NCBI RefSeq assembly: GCF_003334385.1
Contig: NZ_QOWN01000071.1
From: Escherichia coli
GTDB lineage: Bacteria; Pseudomonadota; Gammaproteobacteria; Enterobacterales; Enterobacteriaceae
Direction: 5' to 3' (one strand)
Length of the DNA stretch: 8,756 bases
In this document: piece by piece, positions 6,051 through 8,756 of the stretch
How positions within the stretch are numbered: position 1 is the stretch's first letter
How the letters are laid out: each line of letters begins with the position of its first letter
The notes under the pieces: model-generated
Seen by the model: the letters and a program-made list of their open reading frames with translations, nothing else
What the model was told of the DNA's origin: nothing
The model's database searches: none
Translations under genes and position numbers: made by a program

Positions 6051-6924
6051 TATTAAAAAAGGAAAAGATATGATCAATATTCTGCCATTTGAGATAATTT
6101 CCAGAAATACAAAGACCCTGCTTATTACCTACATTTCTTCAGTAGACATTACACATGAGGGAATGAAAAAAGTACTCGAAAGCCTACGATCCAAACAGGG
6201 TATTATTTCTGAATACCTCCTTGATAAACTACTGGACGAATCGCTTATTGATAAAGACAAGGGCAAAGAGTTTCTTATTACCACAGGCGTGATAAATAAA
6301 ACGAAAACATCACCTCTCTGGGTAAACTCAGTCATAATAAGCGATGTTCCACATCTTTTCAGTAATGCCCGGGAACAATGGAAATCTGATGGTGTTTTTG
6401 TTTCTCATATCATTGATATAAAAGATAATAATATTAATGTGAGCGATTCAACACTAATCTGGTTACATCTCGAAAACTATCATTCAGACATTGTAAAAAG
6501 AATCTATTCAAAATTTGAAAGTAACCCTGGTGTTGCCTTCATCCAAAGCTACTACCTAAAGGAGTCATTCAGGATAGATGGAGTATATTCACCTGATCTT
6601 GGTACTCCCTGCCATTTTTGTCATATAGAGAGATGGCTGAGCAGGGAAGAAAAAAGCTTCAGACGTAACGAAATGTCCTGGGCAAATTTACTTCAGTTAC
6701 TGAAAAAATACTAAATGACACTACCAGCATTGGCTTTAGGCGAGTCAGAAAGAGGATTCAGCTATCATTTAATAAAACGGCGACTTCAGGAGTTGACAGG
6801 TACTTCACTGGTTAAAAGTCATGTCGATAGCTTTATGTCATCTGTTAGCGCTGATTTAATCACCTGTATTTTATGTAAAGAGCCGGTAATTCACTGGCAG
6901 GCTTGCAGCTGTCTGGAGAGATAA
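6037..6924 (+). pseudogene. mcbB: mcbB (microcin B17 synthetase zinc-binding scaffold subunit) interrupted by an in-frame TAA at 6712-6714
   Basis: The 225-aa ORF 6037-6714 and the 69-aa ORF 6715-6924 are in the same frame, separated only by TAA. Together they give 225+1+69 = 295 codons, which is the McbB length I recall. CHFCH lies in the N-terminal part and CILC...CSC in the C-terminal part. An RBS-supported alternative start is the ATG at 6070 (AGGA at 6060-6063). Confidence 0.8.
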
Positions 6925-6925
6925 C

Positions 6926-7744
6926 ATGTCAAAACACGAACTCTCTTTAGTGGAAGTAACGCATTACACAGATCCTGAAGTTCTGGCCATTGTTAAAGAT
7001 TTTCATGTCAGAGGTAACTTTGCTTCCCTCCCCGAATTTGCTGAACGAACTTTCGTGTCCGCGGTACCTCTTGCCCATCTGGAGAAATTTGAAAATAAAG
7101 AAGTTCTCTTCAGGCCAGGTTTCAGCTCCGTAATAAACATATCCTCATCACATAATTTTAGTCGTGAAAGGCTCCCATCAGGAATAAACTTTTGCGACAA
7201 AAATAAACTTTCCATTCGTACTATTGAAAAGTTATTAGTCAATGCATTCAGCTCACCTGATCCTAGCTCTGTAAGAAGACCTTATCCTTCTGGGGGGGCA
7301 TTGTGCCCGATTGAAGTTTTTTTATGCAGATTATCTGAAAATACAGAAAACTGGCAGTCAGGAACTAATGTTTATCACTACCTGCCGCTAAGTCAGGCAC
7401 TGGAACCTGTTGCTACATGTAATACTCAGTCACTCTACCGAAGCCTGTCCGGTGGGGATTCGGAACGTCTTGGTAAACCCCATTTTGCTCTCGTCTATTG
7501 CATTATTTTTGAAAAAGCTTTGTTCAAATATCGCTACAGAGGATACCGGATGGCCTTAATGGAAACAGGTTCGATGTATCAGAACGCAGTATTGGTTGCA
7601 GATCAAATAGGACTGAAAAACCGGGTATGGGCGGGATATACCGATTCATACGTAGCAAAAACAATGAATCTGGATCAGAGGACTGTAGCGCCACTGATCG
7701 TTCAGTTTTTTGGAGATGTAAACGATGATAAATGTCTACAGTAA
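6926..7744 (+). CDS. mcbC: McbC, FMN-dependent dehydrogenase of microcin B17 synthetase (272 aa)
   Basis: 272-aa ORF, matching the McbC length I recall. It starts 1 nt after the mcbB stop, with GGAGAG 7 nt upstream, and contains a nitroreductase-like RPYPSGGALCPIE region. The gene order follows the known mcb operon. Confidence 0.93.
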   Translation: MSKHELSLVEVTHYTDPEVLAIVKDFHVRGNFASLPEFAERTFVSAVPLAHLEKFENKEVLFRPGFSSVINISSSHNFSRERLPSGINFCDKNKLSIRTIEKLLVNAFSSPDPSSVRRPYPSGGALCPIEVFLCRLSENTENWQSGTNVYHYLPLSQALEPVATCNTQSLYRSLSGGDSERLGKPHFALVYCIIFEKALFKYRYRGYRMALMETGSMYQNAVLVADQIGLKNRVWAGYTDSYVAKTMNLDQRTVAPLIVQFFGDVNDDKCLQ

Positions 7745-8618
7745 CCTTATGTCCGCATGGCCGGCCACAATGGCCATGAGTCCAAAACTGAACAGAAATA
7801 TGCCAACGTTTTCTCAGATATGGGACTATGAGCGTATTACACCAGCCAGCGCGGCCGGTGAAACTCTGAAGTCAATTCAGGGGGCAATAGGTGAATATTT
7901 TGAACGCCGTCATTTTTTTAATGAGATAGTCACCGGTGGTCAGAAAACATTATATGAGATGATGCCTCCATCTGCTGCAAAGGCTTTTACCGAAGCATTT
8001 TTTCAGATCTCATCACTGACCCGCGATGAAATCATAACCCATAAATTTAAAACGGTCAGAGCCTTTAATCTGTTTAGCCTTGAACAACAAGAAATACCTG
8101 CAGTCATAATTGCACTCGACAATATAACCGCTGCAGATGATCTGAAATTTTATCCTGACAGAGATACATGCGGATGTAGCTTTCATGGTAGTTTGAACGA
8201 TGCCATAGAAGGTTCCTTGTGTGAATTTATGGAGAGACAGTCCCTCCTTCTTTACTGGTTACAGGGAAAAGCCAATACTGAAATATCCAGTGAAATAGTA
8301 ACAGGCATAAATCATATTGATGAGATTTTACTGGCTCTCAGGTCAGAAGGAGATATCAGGATTTTCGATATCACCCTGCCCGGAGCTCCTGGACACGCAG
8401 TACTAACCCTGTATGGCACAAAAAACAAAATCAGTCGAATAAAATACAGTACCGGATTATCCTATGCTAATAGTCTGAAAAAAGCACTTTGTAAATCCGT
8501 AGTGGAATTGTGGCAATCGTATATATGCCTGCACAACTTTCTTATTGGCGGTTATACTGATGATGACATTATTGATAGTTACCAGCGTCACTTTATGTCA
8601 TGCAACAAGTACGGGTAA
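7725..8618 (+). pseudogene. mcbD: mcbD (YcaO-type cyclodehydratase of microcin B17 synthetase) truncated by an IS1-family insertion
   Basis: The ORF starts MINVYSNLMSAW... and overlaps the mcbC end by 20 nt. It runs 296 mcbD codons and then ends in G-stop, where the codons are supplied by the IS1 terminal repeat (GG-TAA-TG). McbD is about 396 aa by recollection, so roughly the C-terminal 100 residues are missing. Confidence 0.88.
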
Positions 8619-8636
8619 TGACTCCAACTTACTGAT
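8614..8636. repeat. IS1 terminal inverted repeat (23 bp)
   Basis: GGTAATGACTCCAACTTACTGAT matches the IS1 terminal inverted repeat consensus. It directly abuts mcbD coding sequence. Confidence 0.75.
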
Positions 8637-8756
8637 AGTGTTTTATGTTCAGATAATGCCCGATGACCTTGTCATGCAACTCCACCGATTTTGAGAACGA
8701 CAGTAACTTCCGTCCCAGCCTTGCCAGATGTTGTCTCAGATTCAGATTATGTCGCT
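8629..8756 (-). CDS. insB: IS1 transposase InsB, C-terminal fragment (5' end outside the window)
   Basis: The minus-strand translation ...[41 protein letters not shown]-stop matches the IS1 InsB C-terminus from memory. The stop TAA is the complement of 8629-8631. Confidence 0.75.
   Translation of the reverse strand, partial: RHNLNLRQHLARLGRKLLSFSKSVELHDKVIGHYLNIKHYQ

Larger units (their letters stand above)
8614..8756 (-). mobile_element. IS1-family insertion sequence, right end (partial; continues beyond the window)
   Basis: From 8614 the sequence GGTAATGACTCCAACTTACTGATAGTGTTTTATGTTCAGATAATGCCCGATGAC... matches the IS1 terminal inverted repeat and adjacent sequence as I remember it, with about 10 differences over 143 bp. 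The minus strand encodes a recognisable InsB C-terminus. Confidence 0.85.

Noticed and set aside
5862-6077. 71-aa His/Arg/Cys-rich minus-strand ORF
   Set aside because: It is the reverse complement of the mcbA Gly/Ser/Cys codon run, so the His/Arg/Cys richness is a by-product of that complement. No RBS.
6715-6924. 69-aa ORF annotated as an independent gene
   Set aside because: It is in frame with and immediately follows the 225-aa mcbB fragment after a single TAA. No SD precedes its ATG. Best explained as the C-terminal part of mcbB, not a separate gene.

Overview
This window reads as an enterobacterial, IncF-like plasmid backbone segment with four modules. (1) 100-2275, minus strand: a tightly packed four-gene operon led by an orphan beta-class (DPPY then FxGxG) DNA methyltransferase, followed by three small uncharacterised genes. 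It is preceded by a GC-rich, hairpin-dense non-coding region (2276-2620). (2) 2670-4075, minus strand: a parMR-type (actin-like, type II) partition operon with an intrinsic terminator. (3) 4665-5217, minus strand: an antitoxin-first RelE/ParE-type toxin-antitoxin pair. (4) 5813 to the window end, plus strand: the microcin B17 biosynthetic operon mcbA-mcbB-mcbC-mcbD in a visibly AT-rich island. The mcb operon carries three separate lesions: a shortened poly-Gly tract in mcbA (65-aa precursor), an in-frame TAA inside mcbB, and an IS1-family element inserted into mcbD whose terminal inverted repeat supplies the stop codon. The window ends inside that IS1 copy. No rRNA, tRNA or CRISPR array was seen. 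All family assignments are from reading the translated ORFs and from memory of the families; no database search was run.
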